Assembly: GCA_951406725.2 (NCBI GenBank)
Contig: OX597828.1
Coordinates: 68,448,001 to 68,512,000 of the forward strand
Source of the DNA: Octopus vulgaris
Lineage: Eukaryota
Reading direction: 5' to 3'
DNA length: 64,000 nt
How positions within the stretch are numbered: position 1 is the stretch's first letter; every line of letters starts with the position of its first letter. The notes under the pieces are model-generated. The model was given only the letters and a program-made list of their open reading frames with translations, did not search any database and had not been told where the DNA came from. Positions 40,272 to 53,922 of the stretch are shown here, piece after piece. The position numbers and the translations under genes were made by a program.

Positions 40272-40437
40272 TGATCAATGGAATCTAAAGGCTTCTTGCC
40301 ACGTGATCCCAGGCCACAGAAGCAGCCATAACCATAGAATTGCTTGCAGGTTTTATTGGTGTAAGTTTCAATCAGTTTACAATTGTCAAGGAAAGATCGT
40401 TTTAGCCTGGTTTTGTTCCATGTAAATTCTAAATCCA
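40272..40437 (-). CDS. Secreted phospholipase A2 exon 3, propeptide and Ca2+-binding loop
   Basis: ctgcag| VDLEFTWNKTRLKR-SFLDNCKLIETYTNKTCKQFYGYGCFCGLGSRGKKPLDSID |gtaagc; YGCxCGxG loop. Confidence 0.95.
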
Positions 40438-40803
40438 CTGCAGGAGATAGAAAAAGAAATATATTAGAAATAATACATATATAATTTGTGATTTGTAAGC
40501 AAGTAGCCCAACATCTTACGCCCCTATTTTGCTGCAGCCTTAATTTTACTGCAAGTGTCATCGAGGAGTTCAAATCAGGCCGAAACATTGACTACCAATC
40601 CATTGGTATCCAGAGCGAAGCCATGGATTTCTTTTTACTTCTCTGAGAAGTTTCTATGACAAAATATTACATCTACTATCGTTCTACGATTGCATAAACG
40701 TTATAAATATTATGAACATCAGTATTGTACACTATATACAAACATACATATATGTAGACACACACACATGCATGCACACACGCACACGTACCCCTCACAT
40801 GTG

Positions 40804-40861
<58 letters not shown>

Positions 40862-41200
40862 TTCATCGAAATTTAGATTCAAATGAATATGGTACTTAAG
40901 TCAGATGCAACAAGAATTTTGTACGGTATTACTCATATAAATCCATGGGGTGATTATAATCAAAGTAAGCAACAAGTATATCTTCGGTAATTTGGTACGA
41001 TCGTTTCATGCTACATAATTTTATTAAACATTTCCAATCGACATGGAAATAAATGTATGCATTGTTGGAAAACCTCTATGAATGACTGAAGATTGCTCAA
41101 CATTTTAAAACTGATGTAATACTCACAATGTTTAATAAAATGATGTAGCATGAAACGATCGTACCGAATTACCGAAGATATTCTTGTTGCTTACATTGAT

Positions 41201-41232
<32 letters not shown>

Positions 41233-41923
41233 CATGCAAGCGCAGACATGGCAGTATCGATTTACGTACCTATCTCTGTCTTTCTTTCTCTCTCTCTCTC
41301 TCCATGTGTGTGTGAAAAGACAGAAAAAATCTTGTAACATCGCTTGCGTGATTCGACCCCCCGCCCTACACACACACACACACAATGCAATCAAAGAAGC
41401 ATAAAATGTGTAGTCTCATGACATTACTAATGGACTGGAACTATGATAGAAGGAGTTCCCGCTTTGACCATCATGTCTTTTTGAATATCAAATGTAGCAT
41501 TATAGAATCCGTCTTTGATTGGAGGTTGTGATTTGAGGAGATATAGTACCCATTTCTCGCAAGTCATGAGACCGAGAAGAGGCTGCAGTTTCCGAGAAAG
41601 AAAAGGCAACTTATTTCGGGGAAGCGATTAGTGAATGATGCTGAATAATTATAAGCAAGTGAAACAGCGAGAATCAAAATGATGAGATTCGTTCTTAACG
41701 CATAGCGGCAGATTTGAACGTGAATATGGCAATCGCTGTTGTGTTTCGCCTTCAGAGAACAACTTCTCTCTTCAGGCGATATATGTTGACAACGCTCACG
41801 ATATAGTGATGTAGGAGGGCTTTGAGAAACGTAAAGGCACACAAGTGAATAGGTCATGGTATTTACGTTTACAAATTCTACTGATAGTGGCTTTCAGCTA
41901 CGTTACATAAAAGCTATACTCAC

Positions 41924-42013
41924 CACAGGAAAGAATGAAAATAACAGCTACCAGCAACAGGGAAACAATAATTAACGTTGAACGCCAGCACACAGACTTT
42001 CCTTCTGGGATTC
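41924..42013 (-). CDS. Secreted phospholipase A2 exon 2, hydrophobic signal peptide/anchor
   Basis: ttcaag| GIPEGKSVCWRSTLIIVSLLLVAVIFILSC |gtgagt; 90 nt, phase 1-1. Confidence 0.8.
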
Positions 42014-42693
42014 CTTGAAAATGAAAGGAAAAGAAATGAAATAAGCAATTATCAAGTTATGTTGGTCATTTAGTTATTGTTAACATTTAATTACAAGAAG
42101 CACTGTTAAATCAATGATAGCAAAGGGAAAAGGAAAAACTACCAGTCAGTCAACGACTAATATTATTTGCGTTTTTCTGGCAACTTTGAACATGTTTTAG
42201 CTTTATTCTGACCTCATAAGTAAAGTATATACTTCAGCAGCATTGCAAAAGTGGTGGACAATTCTTCTTCAGTCACACTACTTTCGCGGATTCCCATGAC
42301 TCTCTGTCTCCATCCAATTCCTTATTTTATGAATTTGAAAAGGGAGCCTGTCCATTACACAACTATGGACACCGCTCCAATGGATGCGTTACAAGTCCTC
42401 TCTTGATAAAGTCTGGTGACCCTAACTGCTGATCTTCTAGGATTTCTCCACTCAGCGTCAATGCAAAGAAGCAACGTTGACGCTGAGTGAACAATATTCA
42501 CTCTGTGAATGTACAAGGTCGTACATTCACTGGCGTTGAGAAATTGATTTGTGTGGTGAATAATTAACTGCGACATGCCATCAACGCAGAAAGACAAAAA
42601 GGGAGCCATATTTAAGCTAGTATTGACATATTTAATACCAGCAACATAAAGCAAAACACATTTCAATGCTAGAAGGAAGCAATGGTAATAGTT

Positions 42694-43195
42694 GTGCAGC
42701 TCCCGACGAACAGCTTTTGTGAAAACTGGGTTCTCGACATGGTCATTAAGCTCTGCAGAAATTTTGGGAGCTGTACTTTTGTGATCCTTTCTAACAATTC
42801 GCGTAAGAGTTCAACGGTCCCTCTCTGAAAGTTTTGGTTTTCTTCCAGTGTTTTATTTCGACGAGGAGGTTTTCCCTCTTTCTCAAAGGCTGTCATTACT
42901 TTCGAGATAGTACTTCTTGATACACCAAACATTTCGGCTGTTTTCGTTACACTAGCGCCTGCCATACGAGCACCAACAATTTGACCTCTTTGAAAGTCCG
43001 ATAGATCTGTCATCTTAATGAATTTTAATTACCTTTTTCTGATGATATCTGAGAAGAAACAGCAATTTTGGCAAAACATATTAAGTAAAACTAACAATAC
43101 ATAAAAAGAAACAAGAATAAACAAGCTTTTGACAGTTTTATAGATATTTCAAAATTATGATGCTTTGATGCTAGGTGTTTCCATTATTTTGTCCA

Positions 43196-43198
<3 letters not shown>
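42694..43198 (-). mobile_element. Tc1-like transposon 5' fragment in PLA2 intron 1
   Basis: MTDLSDFQRGQIVGARMAGASVTKTAEMFGVSRSTISKV helix-turn-helix, then frameshifted; terminal-type sequence ggttggacaaaataatggaaacac. Confidence 0.85.
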
Positions 43199-43286
<88 letters not shown>

Positions 43287-43463
43287 TTTATACACATACA
43301 TACACACACAGATACATAATTCATATATATATACACATACACACAGAGTCACAGACACACACACACACACACATACACACACACATAAATGTACGTACGT
43401 ACGTACTTGTTCACATGCATACGAAGTGAATACAAGATGAAAACATAAAAGGAAATTTCTCAC

Positions 43464-43488
43464 CTGTGTGTGGGTCCCGAGGCTTCAT
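43464..43488 (-). CDS. Secreted phospholipase A2, candidate first coding exon MKPRDPHT
   Basis: aaaATGa start, donor G|gtgaga, phase 1 fits exon 2. Confidence 0.6.
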
Positions 43489-44096
43489 TTTTGAAAGATT
43501 TCTTTTTGATTTGATTTAAGAAAAAGTTAACTCAATCACTTTTCTGAAAGCCAGTCTCTTTGTAATATAGGTAAAGTATTTCTTTTCAAAGAAATCTTCT
43601 CCGAACGTTTACCATGTTGAGATTTCTGGAATAGTAAATATATTGAATGAATATACAGATGTATAAAATGTCCCGAACAACTAATCCCTAATTAAATTAA
43701 TTGGAACCAATTACGGCTAAGCTTCTGTCGTCGAAGAAAAAAATTATCATTGATTGCCCCCTTCAAATGTTTCGCTTTGTGCCCCATTAAGTGATCATAA
43801 TTACCATAATAATGATTATTATTACATAAACACGATAGCAGACTGAGGCAGTACAGCCAATGGTTCTGAAATCCTTTTTTTTTTACTTACGTAGTATTTC
43901 GGAGCAAACAAAATATTTTGGCGCACTTTCTCCATACAAAACGTATTTATGTATTTGCATTTATAAATGAAAATCATTGTAAGTTACTGGAGTTTTTTTA
44001 TTCAATAAATTAAAATTATTAATTCCAGTTTGTGTTTTTAACATTTTAAAAATGTATTTTTTTTTTATTTCCGAGGTGCACCTACCTATATTATAT

Positions 44097-44328
44097 GTAT
44101 TTCTTTACTATCCACAAGGGGCTAAACATAGAGGGGACAAACAAAGACAGACTAACAGATTAAGTCAATTACATCGACCCCAGTGCGTAACTGGTACTTA
44201 TTTAAACGACCCCGAAAGGATGAAAGGCAAAGTCGACCTCGGTGGAATTTGAACTCACAACGTAACGGCAGACGAAATACCGCTAAGCATTTCGCCCGGC
44301 GTGCTAACGTTTCTGCCAGCTCGCCGCC
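44097..44328 (-). mobile_element. SINE S1 monomer
   Basis: Reverse complement of full S1. Confidence 0.85.
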
Positions 44329-44970
44329 ATATATTATAAGATACTTCGGTGCGTACCAGCGCACCGGTTGGCAAACATCGTGGTGGCAAAATGCCTTGCG
44401 GTATTTCGTCTCATCCTACGTTCTGAGTTCAAGGCCAAATTTGATTTCATTCTTTTAGAACCAAATTACTGATCAGGTTTTACTCGGGCTGATTTTATCG
44501 ACTTCAGATGTGGCTCTGGAACCTCTCTTATAAGCATTTATCGTTTTAGACAGTGGAATGATTAAAAACGATAACTGCGTTACTAGATTAGGTATCTTAC
44601 AGGTATTTAGTTTTCTCCCTTTCCGCTCTGAGTTTATATCACGCCACGGTTGATATTTTATCGATTACATAAGGTCTTGGTTACACTATACAACAGGTGC
44701 ATAATTTCAGATCTTTTCACATTTCATTTGCCCAAACCCAGTTTATATTTCCAGTAGTGAAGGATTAAATAAAAACTGGTACCAGTAAGAGACTACGGTC
44801 CAATCAATTGATTACATGTCAGTTTCTTTGAATGAAATCAAGGTTGGTCAAGACATTGGAGCAGCTATCCATTGCCAGGAACAATTTCTTGCATCAACTC
44901 AAGTACCTACAGTTTACAGTGAATATATAGACAATTACATTAATTTCATTAATGCGTCCCCAAAGTTCAT

Positions 44971-45315
44971 CCCCTCCTCACCGTGGTGGGGACGCTGGCA
45001 ACGGGTAGTGTCAGAGCTATGCCGTCGGGTACTTCGGTTCCTGGTAGAGCCACCCAAGGCGGATTGGTCTGACACCGAGTGGTATTAGGGCCACAACCCG
45101 GCAGTGAAAATCCTCGGAGTGTCTGTTTCGGCAACCGGCGGCTCCTCAGTCGTTCTGTCCCCGCGTCTGCGGACAATCTGCGGCAAACAGGATGTCTCTA
45201 CATGCGGGATTGTTGGGGACCGCTTGTGAAATCCACATATTCCTACGAAACTTCTTCCAAGGAAGAAGCCGACTCAACCCGCGCAGGGTGAATGTCGCCA
45301 CAAGTACAAGTAAGT
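44971..45315 (+). mobile_element. Short RTE-derived non-autonomous retroelement
   Basis: GC-rich island; gagctatgccg...gccacccaaggcgga..ggtc resembles RTE-clade 5' UTRs; tail caagtacaagtaagt; TSD aaagttcat at 44962 and 45316. Confidence 0.6.
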
Positions 45316-46476
45316 AAAGTTCATTAATTTCCCACACCAGTCCTTATCAATACAGTAGGATTACTATAATATGTTGAATAAGTCCTAACACCTATGATTG
45401 ATTTAAGCCATTAGTGGATAAAAGCTACCCATAAAGATGTGTCAAAATTAAAAGGAAGATAACCGCAATAAAACCAATTGGCCAAAATGTTTGGATAATA
45501 GAGTTAATGGCATCATAGAAGTTAACATAATGGACAATGGTAATATGGGAGTGTATTTGCGCAACGAGGACAATGTAGGTTGTAATGGTTCTGGTTTTTA
45601 ACACTAATTGGTGAAAGTAATGGATTGTTTCCCTCTTGTTATACCTCCTCAGTGAGACATTTTACGCAGTATATATAAAAATAGAATAGAGTAAAAGTAA
45701 TGATTTTGATTACGAATTTATCTACCAACCCTTGAATAATGAACAATGGAGAATGCTTCTACCGTTGAAGAGTTTGAGTTCTATGTCACAGGATTTTCAT
45801 TTGTGACGTGTGTATGTTATATACACATCACAAATGCGAATTTGATTATGTAGAACTTTAAAAATCCGACGTCTGGCGGTAAAGTCTGTATAAACATTTG
45901 CTGCCCTCTATAAAAAGGGCAACACAGAAACTAAAGCCACTCTACATCCAGAAGCTTGGATAACATGGAAACATTGACAAAGATGAATTTGGGGAATTTA
46001 TTGCACCAAAAGAACAATAAGCAGATATGATAAACATTGTAATAAAAATATTAATTTAGAACATAGTCGTGTTTTCAATAAACACAAATATATATGCATG
46101 CATTCATGCATGCGTACATATATACATACGTACATGCATGCATACATACATGGATGTATACACGCATACATGCGTACATACATACATGCATGTATGCATA
46201 CATGCATGCATACATATGTACATACATACGTACATACATACATGCATACATATATACATAAATAAATACGTATATATGTGTGTGAGTTTTTGCCTGAACA
46301 CATATACAATTGTTATTGTTAGTTTATAAATAGCAACTTTGGATATAATTTCATCTATAATATATTCTTCTTTTGTTCGTTGCACCCACAAAGAGCGAGA
46401 GTAAGCTTTAATACAACTGATTGAATGATATCTGAAGTGGCCAATTGAGAACTAACAATAACAAATGTATAAGTGC

Positions 46477-46524
<48 letters not shown>

Positions 46525-47273
46525 CACACACACACAAACGCAAATACAAACGCATACACACACACAAACTCAAATACATACGCATACATACACACACATA
46601 AAGATATACACACATGAAAAAGTTTACATGTGTCTGTATGTGTCTATTTGTGTGTGTGTATGTATGTGTGTGTAGGTGGGTGTGTGGGTGTATGTGTATA
46701 TATAGATTTGTGTTTGTATGCGCGTGTATGTGTGTGTGTGTGTATGTGCGTGTGAGTAGATTGGTAGATGTGTCACGTGTTAAGTAAACAATGAAAAAAA
46801 AAACTTAAAGTAAATTCAATGAAAACCGACGGAAACTCTTGAGAAAATGCCAAAGACTGGATGTATTTTTGAGGACGGAATGAAGTCTGAAGTTACTATT
46901 TCATTACCAAAATACCGTAGCATTTCACTATAAACTTGGTTAATATGGAACCAAAATGAAGGAACCAGCTGGTTTCTCTTTTACTGACAACATCGGAATA
47001 ATATGGAGGAGTCTATTAAATTCCAATAAAGACCAACACCACAATGGTCAGATCTCAACAATTTCGTTTTGGTTTGTCAATAAAGTTTTGTCCCATCAAG
47101 TAAAATAGAAAATGCTCGATGGAGGGAAAATAGAAAATGAAAAGTAAAAGAAAATATAAACAAATAATGTCCACCATTTTGGACAAAGTTTTATTGCAGA
47201 GAATCTAGTCGTAGAAGAAATTAATCCGAGAAGTTACGATATTTTACACATACACACGCACACACACACACAT

Positions 47274-47395
<122 letters not shown>

Positions 47396-48203
47396 GCCCA
47401 CTCACACACTCGCACACACATTTTATGATGCGCTTCTACATATTTTCTGTTGATCAGAATTTGACCAACGAGTTGATTGGTCAACCAAACGGCATGATAC
47501 AAGATATCCACCGAAGTTTGTGCGTAATGGGTTCGAACCAGGAGCCAGGTGCATACGACGAATTTCTTAACCCACGGCCTTATTTGCACTCATCTCAAAT
47601 CCACGAAAGCATTTCTAGTGTTAAATTACAAAAAAATGCCCATTCAAATATCTTATAGAAACGGCATAAGGTGGCGAGAGTTTGAATGAAAGAACTTCAT
47701 TTGAGCAATCGACTTCCGACGTACGGGGGAATGAGTCTTGCAATAAGAACAATCCAATAACCAATTCCGTTTCATTCACTGAAGAAATGAGATAAGTCTC
47801 CAGGCATCAAATATTTATATTATTTTGATTGACTATTATTGGTAAACAGCGATTGCACTGAGTGTGTGTGAAGATTAAATCTGTGGAATTGAGAGAGAAC
47901 GTTTATTGCGGTTCGGAGTATTTGTGTGACGAAAGCCAAACAGCGAAGACTACGAATCAAAACCTCCTTGCGCTCTCTACACCCCAGACACACACCAAAG
48001 CCTAGACATAAGGTGTGTGCGTGTGCTTGTGTGTATGCATGTGTGTGCGTGTGCGTGCGTTCGTGTATGTGTTTGTTCGTAAGAGAAAGGTTTTTACGTA
48101 AAGAATAGTTTTCATTATTTCAATAAGAACAGTGGTGTGTTCTCATGATCACAAGGATAAAAAATTCTATACACTGGATGCAAAAGTATATACAGACACA
48201 ACG

Positions 48204-48270
<67 letters not shown>

Positions 48271-48272
48271 CA

Positions 48273-48561
48273 ACTTATAAACGAGGGCAAAAGAAAATTA
48301 TTTCTATGCCAATATGCTGATAACAGACTTTTAAATCGTCATTTTCCACATATTATTATATACCCACTACAGAAATACTCTGTGCTGAAATCGGGAAGCT
48401 AGTCAACAGAATTTTATAAAAATTCTGTTGGCTAGCTTTCCTCGATTTCAGCACAGCATATTTCTGTAGTGGGTATATAATATGTGGAAAATGACGATTT
48501 AAAAGTCTGTTATCAGCATATTGGCATAGAAATAATTTTCTTTTGCCCTCGTTTATAAGTT
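48273..48561. repeat. Near-perfect ~290-bp palindrome with almost no spacer
   Basis: aacttataaacgagggcaaaag...caacagaattttataaaaattctgttg...cttttgccctcgtttataagtt, centre ~48416; (TA)n flanks. Confidence 0.92.
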
Positions 48562-48662
48562 ATTTATAATGTTAGCCTTTAAAGGTATTTTAATATGCTG
48601 CCACTTTTTCTTGGAGAACTTTTTTCTGTAAAAAGCTTCATCCTATATTAGTATATATGTAG

Positions 48663-48750
<88 letters not shown>

Positions 48751-48751
48751 G

Positions 48752-49640
48752 TATGAGGACTGATCAATAGGTATCAATAAGTATCCAGACTGTTACCATA
48801 GTTACGAACCTAAAGCACGCAGAGTAAAGCCGCTTCGCAAAGATAGACCTTGAACTCTGCTGTGCATGCGCACTAAGATTTAACTTCTAGCTCACTTCCG
48901 CTGTTTATAGCAGTGCTTGGAAGGAACGTGTGTAGCTTGTGATGTCGCATTGACAAAGAGAGAAAGTAGCCATGACAGTACCTGCTCAGAGGCTTACGCA
49001 AAGTTGCAGAAAGTGTATGGAGAGAAGTGTATGAGTCGCACACAAGTGTATGAGTGGTTCAGACGTTTCCAAGATGGCCGAAAAATGTCGATATTGACGA
49101 ACTTTCTGGGAGACCCGCAACCAGCAGAATTGAGAAAAATATCGCAGATGTGCGTGAAGTTGTGAGGGGAAATCGTCGAATCACCATCCGTGAGTTTTCA
49201 GAGGATGTGTAGATTAGTTACGGTTCAGTTCAGTTCATTATCGCTGAAGATTAGAGAATGAGATGCGTGTCTGCCAAGTTTATGCCAAAACTACTTTCAG
49301 CTGACCAAGAAGACACTCGGGTTTCAGTTGGACAAGTTCTCCTTGATTGTGTCGAGAACGATGAAAACTTTTTGAGAACTTTGCGTAGGCCTTTGAGCAG
49401 ATATTGCCAAGCTTTTGGCAAAATTTGATGCAGATTCTCTGTTTAACTTTCTCTGCCATGGTCAATGCGATGATCACACGTTACACACCTTCCTTCCAAG
49501 CACTGCAGCAAACAGCGGAAGTGAGCTAGAACGTTAAGATTTAGTGCGCATGCACAGCAGGGTTCATGGTCAATCCGTGCCAAATGGCTTTATTCTTCGT
49601 GCTTTAGCTTCGTTACCATGGCAACAGTACGGATACTTTG
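48752..49640. mobile_element. Mariner-derived fold-back element made of two inverted left ends
   Basis: ~200-bp arms in inverted orientation; + strand EAYAKLQKVYGEKCMSRTQVYEWFRRFQDG, - strand MAEKVKQRICIKFCQKLG. Confidence 0.85.
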
Positions 49641-50179
49641 CTCTCAGTATCGGGACTTCTCAGAAGAAAAAGTAATCAATGCATGCTGCAATGTTTAGAT
49701 TTATTAAGAAGCAGCTGATGACTTATCACGTGGTTGCTCAGAGAATCGCGTGACGTGTGATTTTCAGGCAGTTATGAATGAAGTATTTTGTGAGGAAGAG
49801 ATATGTATTGTTTGACATTCGGTCAGTCGATTGTCATTAGTCTAATCTGGTTAGGTAGTTGTTTGTGTTGTAAATTTGTACTGCTGGGTTTGGCAGTTTC
49901 GAAGTGGGAGAACCCTTTAGATCTGACTGCGATAGACGGAGGTTAGCTTGATTCTGCAACACTTATAGTGTATGACCTCTGGTGACTATAGAGGTACCAT
50001 GGGGACATTGTCTAGAACAGCGGTTCTCAATCGCAGGTTCAAGGCTGTATGAGGCCCTCAAGCTTCCTTCCGGCAGACTTCGGCCATTAAAAAAAAATAT
50101 AATAAAAAGTCCTAATTTAGAAAGTCCTCATGCATGTTTAGAAATAATGGTAACAAAATTAAAATTTGTCGATAAATAT

Positions 50180-50585
50180 CTCTTTTACTTGTTTCAGTCA
50201 TTTGACTGCGGCCATGCTGGAGCACCACCTTTAGTCGAGCAAATCGACCCCGGGACTTATTCTTTGTAAGCCCAGTACTTATTCTATCAGTCTCTTTTGC
50301 CAAACCGCTAAGTGACGGGGACGTAAACACACCAGCATCGGTTGTCAAGCAATGCTAGGAGGACAAACACAGACACACAAACATATACACACACATACAT
50401 ATATATATATATACATATATACGACAGGCTTCTTTCAGTTTCCGTCTACCAAATCCACTCACAAGGCATTAGTTGGCCCAGGGCTATAGCAGAAGACACT
50501 TGCCCAAGATGCCACGCAGTGAGACTGAACCCGGAACCATGTGGTTGGTTAGCAAGCTACTTACCACACAGCCACTCCTGCGCCT
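50180..50585 (-). mobile_element. SINE S2 full length
   Basis: Reverse complement of S2. Confidence 0.85.
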
Positions 50586-50712
50586 ATCCATCAAATATCC
50601 ATCTTCAACTGAAATCGTACCATTATCGTTCATTCACCGACTCGAATTTGCAACTTTAGCATAGACATTGAGATACACACACGCGCACACACTGGTAAGA
50701 AACGGTTATTTA

Positions 50713-50943
50713 GGCGGTGAGCTGGCAGAACTATTAGCACGCCGGGCGAAATGCTTAGCCGTATTTCGTCTACCGTTACGTTCTGAGTTCAAATTCCACC
50801 GAGGTCGACTTTGCCTTTCATCCTTTCGTGGTCGATAAATTAAGTACCAGTTACGCGCTGGGGTCGATGTAATCGACTTAATCTGTTTGTCTGTCCTTGT
50901 CCGTCCCCTCTGTGTTTAGTCCCTTGAGGGTAGTAAAGAAATA
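50713..50943 (+). mobile_element. SINE S1 monomer
   Basis: TSD ggttatttagg. Confidence 0.85.
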
Positions 50944-51199
50944 GGTTATTTAGGATTACCAATGGCAGAACTGTAAATGAAAATCATTGATCTGCTCGTG
51001 CTATGACCTTCGATTACCGGCGTTGCTAAAGAAAGCCACTCAGTCAGATGTTATTCATTCTTTCATCGGCGCATTAATTATCACCCACTGTCGTTCAATG
51101 TTGTGACACACTGCAAAATGCATTCTGCAGAATATGACTGGTACCAAGGGGAATCGAGAAAAAGGAAGTTGGAATTCTTAAAGTCAGGGAGTACAAAGC

Positions 51200-52265
51200 A
51201 AGCGAATTTCTGCAAACATATGATTGTAAAGGCGTAACAAAAGAATCAATCATAATTAGCAACCTTCTGGCTTGTCACGTGAAGGAGTATTCAGACGATG
51301 AAATCACGAAACAAGCTATTGTGTGTTCACTGAAGAATATTCTAGCATTCAACAAAAAACTAAGGAAATACAGCTCAGTAATGTCACAGTAACCCGACAG
51401 GTTAAATGAATGTCTAGTGACCTACATGACTAGCTTAGTAAGTTGAAGGATTTTGGTTTCGATTCTATCGCTCTTGACAATAGGTTCTATTGCTACTCTA
51501 TCACTCTTTCCTCAGTAGATTCTACAAACTTCCCCTAGAAGTCAAATCCTTTGCTGAAGGGAAGATTATCTTCCCGTTGCTTAGCAACAAAGAATGGGTT
51601 GTTGATTTAGTTTTCATAGTAGATATAATTACTCACCTTTCGACTTTAAACCCCACCCTACAAGGTAAGGACAGACTCTGCCATGGATTGCGCAGCACAG
51701 TGTCTGCCTTCATTGCAAAGCTTCGCCTTTGGAAGACGCAAATTGCACGTGGATCTACGACACATTTTCCCTCAGTTTCTGAGCACAAGGACAACGGATC
51801 ATAGAGTAAGTACAATAGGGTCATTAGTGACTTGACTGACGAATTTGAACACCGATTTGATGACATAAAAGATGCCTTGCTCTTGATGAAAATATTTTCA
51901 GCACCTATGGAGATAGATGCGGCCACTGCTCCGACGAATTTCAAATGGAACTCCTGGGCTTAGAGTTAGATGTGGATTTGACATACGCATTTAAGGTTAG
52001 TCTGCTACTTGACTTCTAGAGTCGAACCCAAGAGGGGAAATAACTTGAATTGATTGCGAATGCATCATAAAATACCTCTGGTGTGGTTCAACATATGTAT
52101 GTAAAGTAGTTTTGATCAAACTGATGGTTATCAAAACAAAATGTCGAAACTGATTGAATGACCATCACTGACCATTAACTAGCTTTTGCGTACTGCATCT
52201 TCCAACATGGATCCTCGTTTGGAGAAACTAGTAGAAAGTTGAAAGCAAAATCAAGTTTCACTTTA
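51200..52265 (+). mobile_element. Degenerate hAT (Charlie/Buster, GTF2IRD2-like) transposase remnant
   Basis: FPLLSNKEWVVDLVFIVDIITHLSTLNPTLQGKD...VSAFIAKLRLWKTQI...HFPS; candidate left TIR cagcggttctcaa near 50018. Confidence 0.8.
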
Positions 52266-52401
52266 AATTCCATTGCTCTACTATTTTTTTGTTACGGTCT
52301 TCCCACGATAAATATAATCATTTTTTTCTTTAAGGTAAGGACACACTCTGGATAACAGGTTGTGTAGACATCAAAGTAAATCGCATCACTGCTATTATTT
52401 A

Positions 52402-52530
52402 TCTATTTCTTTATTGCCCGCATAGAGGGGACAAACAAGGACAGACAAACGGATTAAGTCAATTATATCGACCCCAGTGCGTAACTGGTACTTAATTTAT
52501 CGACCCCGAAAGGATGAAAGGCAGTCGACT
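52402..52530 (-). mobile_element. SINE S1 3' fragment
   Basis: Reverse complement of S1 body. Confidence 0.75.
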
Positions 52531-52691
52531 GTTTCAGTAGGCCGTTCCAACGATGAACATCCCGTCAGCTATTCACGTATTGTGTATATAAGATCATATT
52601 ATTCATTGATTGCTTCCCTATTTAAAGAGTGTAGTTTATGATTTGAGGGAGATTTATCTGCTTTTTTAAACAGTTCGCACGACCACGTTAG

Positions 52692-52750
<59 letters not shown>

Positions 52751-52997
52751 CGTGCGTGCGTGTATGCGTGCGTGCGTGTGTGGCTAGAACAGTTATTTGA
52801 TTTCGGATGTTGCCTTTACAAGGTGCTGATGAAGAAAATGTCATCTTCAAAAATAACGAAGCTGCTTCAAGTGTTGGCCATTTTGTTGCTGTCAGGATTT
52901 CGTACTTTAAAACAGCTTCGCCCTGACCTTTGACCTGCTTATGTGCTGAGTCATTGATTGCTTCTACTAAATACACACACACACACACACACACATA

Positions 52998-53029
<32 letters not shown>

Positions 53030-53411
53030 TTTATATATATATGTATATGTGTATATATACACAGATACACACTCACACATGTATGTATGTATATATATAT
53101 ATGTATATGTATATATATATATATTTATATTTACATACACACACACACATATAGGTATATATGTATATATGTACATTTGTGTGTGTGCGTGCGCGTGTGT
53201 AAATGTGTATAAATGCACACGCGTGTTTCAGTGCCTGCGTACGCGAATTTATCCGTACGTTTGCGTATGAGAACACGTGCACTGATTCAGTACAAGTATG
53301 TTTGTGTCGCTCGTGTTTTTAGCAGTTGGAGGAGGAGGAGGAGGAGAAGGCAGAGGAAGCGTATGTCCCCCCCCCTACCGTCCCACGGCCGCCGTCACTC
53401 TCGCCGCCCCC

Positions 53412-53922
53412 GCCGCAACCAGCAGAACTGAGAAAAACACATCGCAGCTGTGAGGGGAAATCGTCGAATCAGAGGATGTGCAGGCTAGTTTACGGTTCTG
53501 TTCAGTCCATTATCACTGAAGATTTGGGTATGGGACGCGTGTCTGCCAAGTTTGTGCCAAAACTGCTTTCAGCTGACCAAAAAGGCGCACCGGTTTCAGT
53601 TGGACAAGTTCTCCTTGATTCTGCCGAGAAAATTTTTTGAAAACTTTGCGTAGGCCTTTGAGCAGGTATCGCGAAGCTTTTAGCGAAAATTGATGCAGAT
53701 TCTGTGCTCAACTTTCTCTGCCATGGTCAATGCGATGATCACATGCCACACACTTTCCTTCCAAGCACTGCTGTAAACAGCGGAAGTGAGCTAGAACGTT
53801 GATACTTACTGCGCATGCACAGAAGAGTTCAAGGTCAATCAATCTGTGCCAAGCGGCTTCACTCTTCGTGCTCTAGCTTCGTTACTATGGCAACATTGCG
53901 GATAATTTGATCGTACCACGTA
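53412..53922. mobile_element. Partial second copy of the fold-back mariner element
   Basis: Collinear with 49115-49640 including the junction; IITEDLGMGRVSAKFVPKLLSADQK. Confidence 0.85.
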
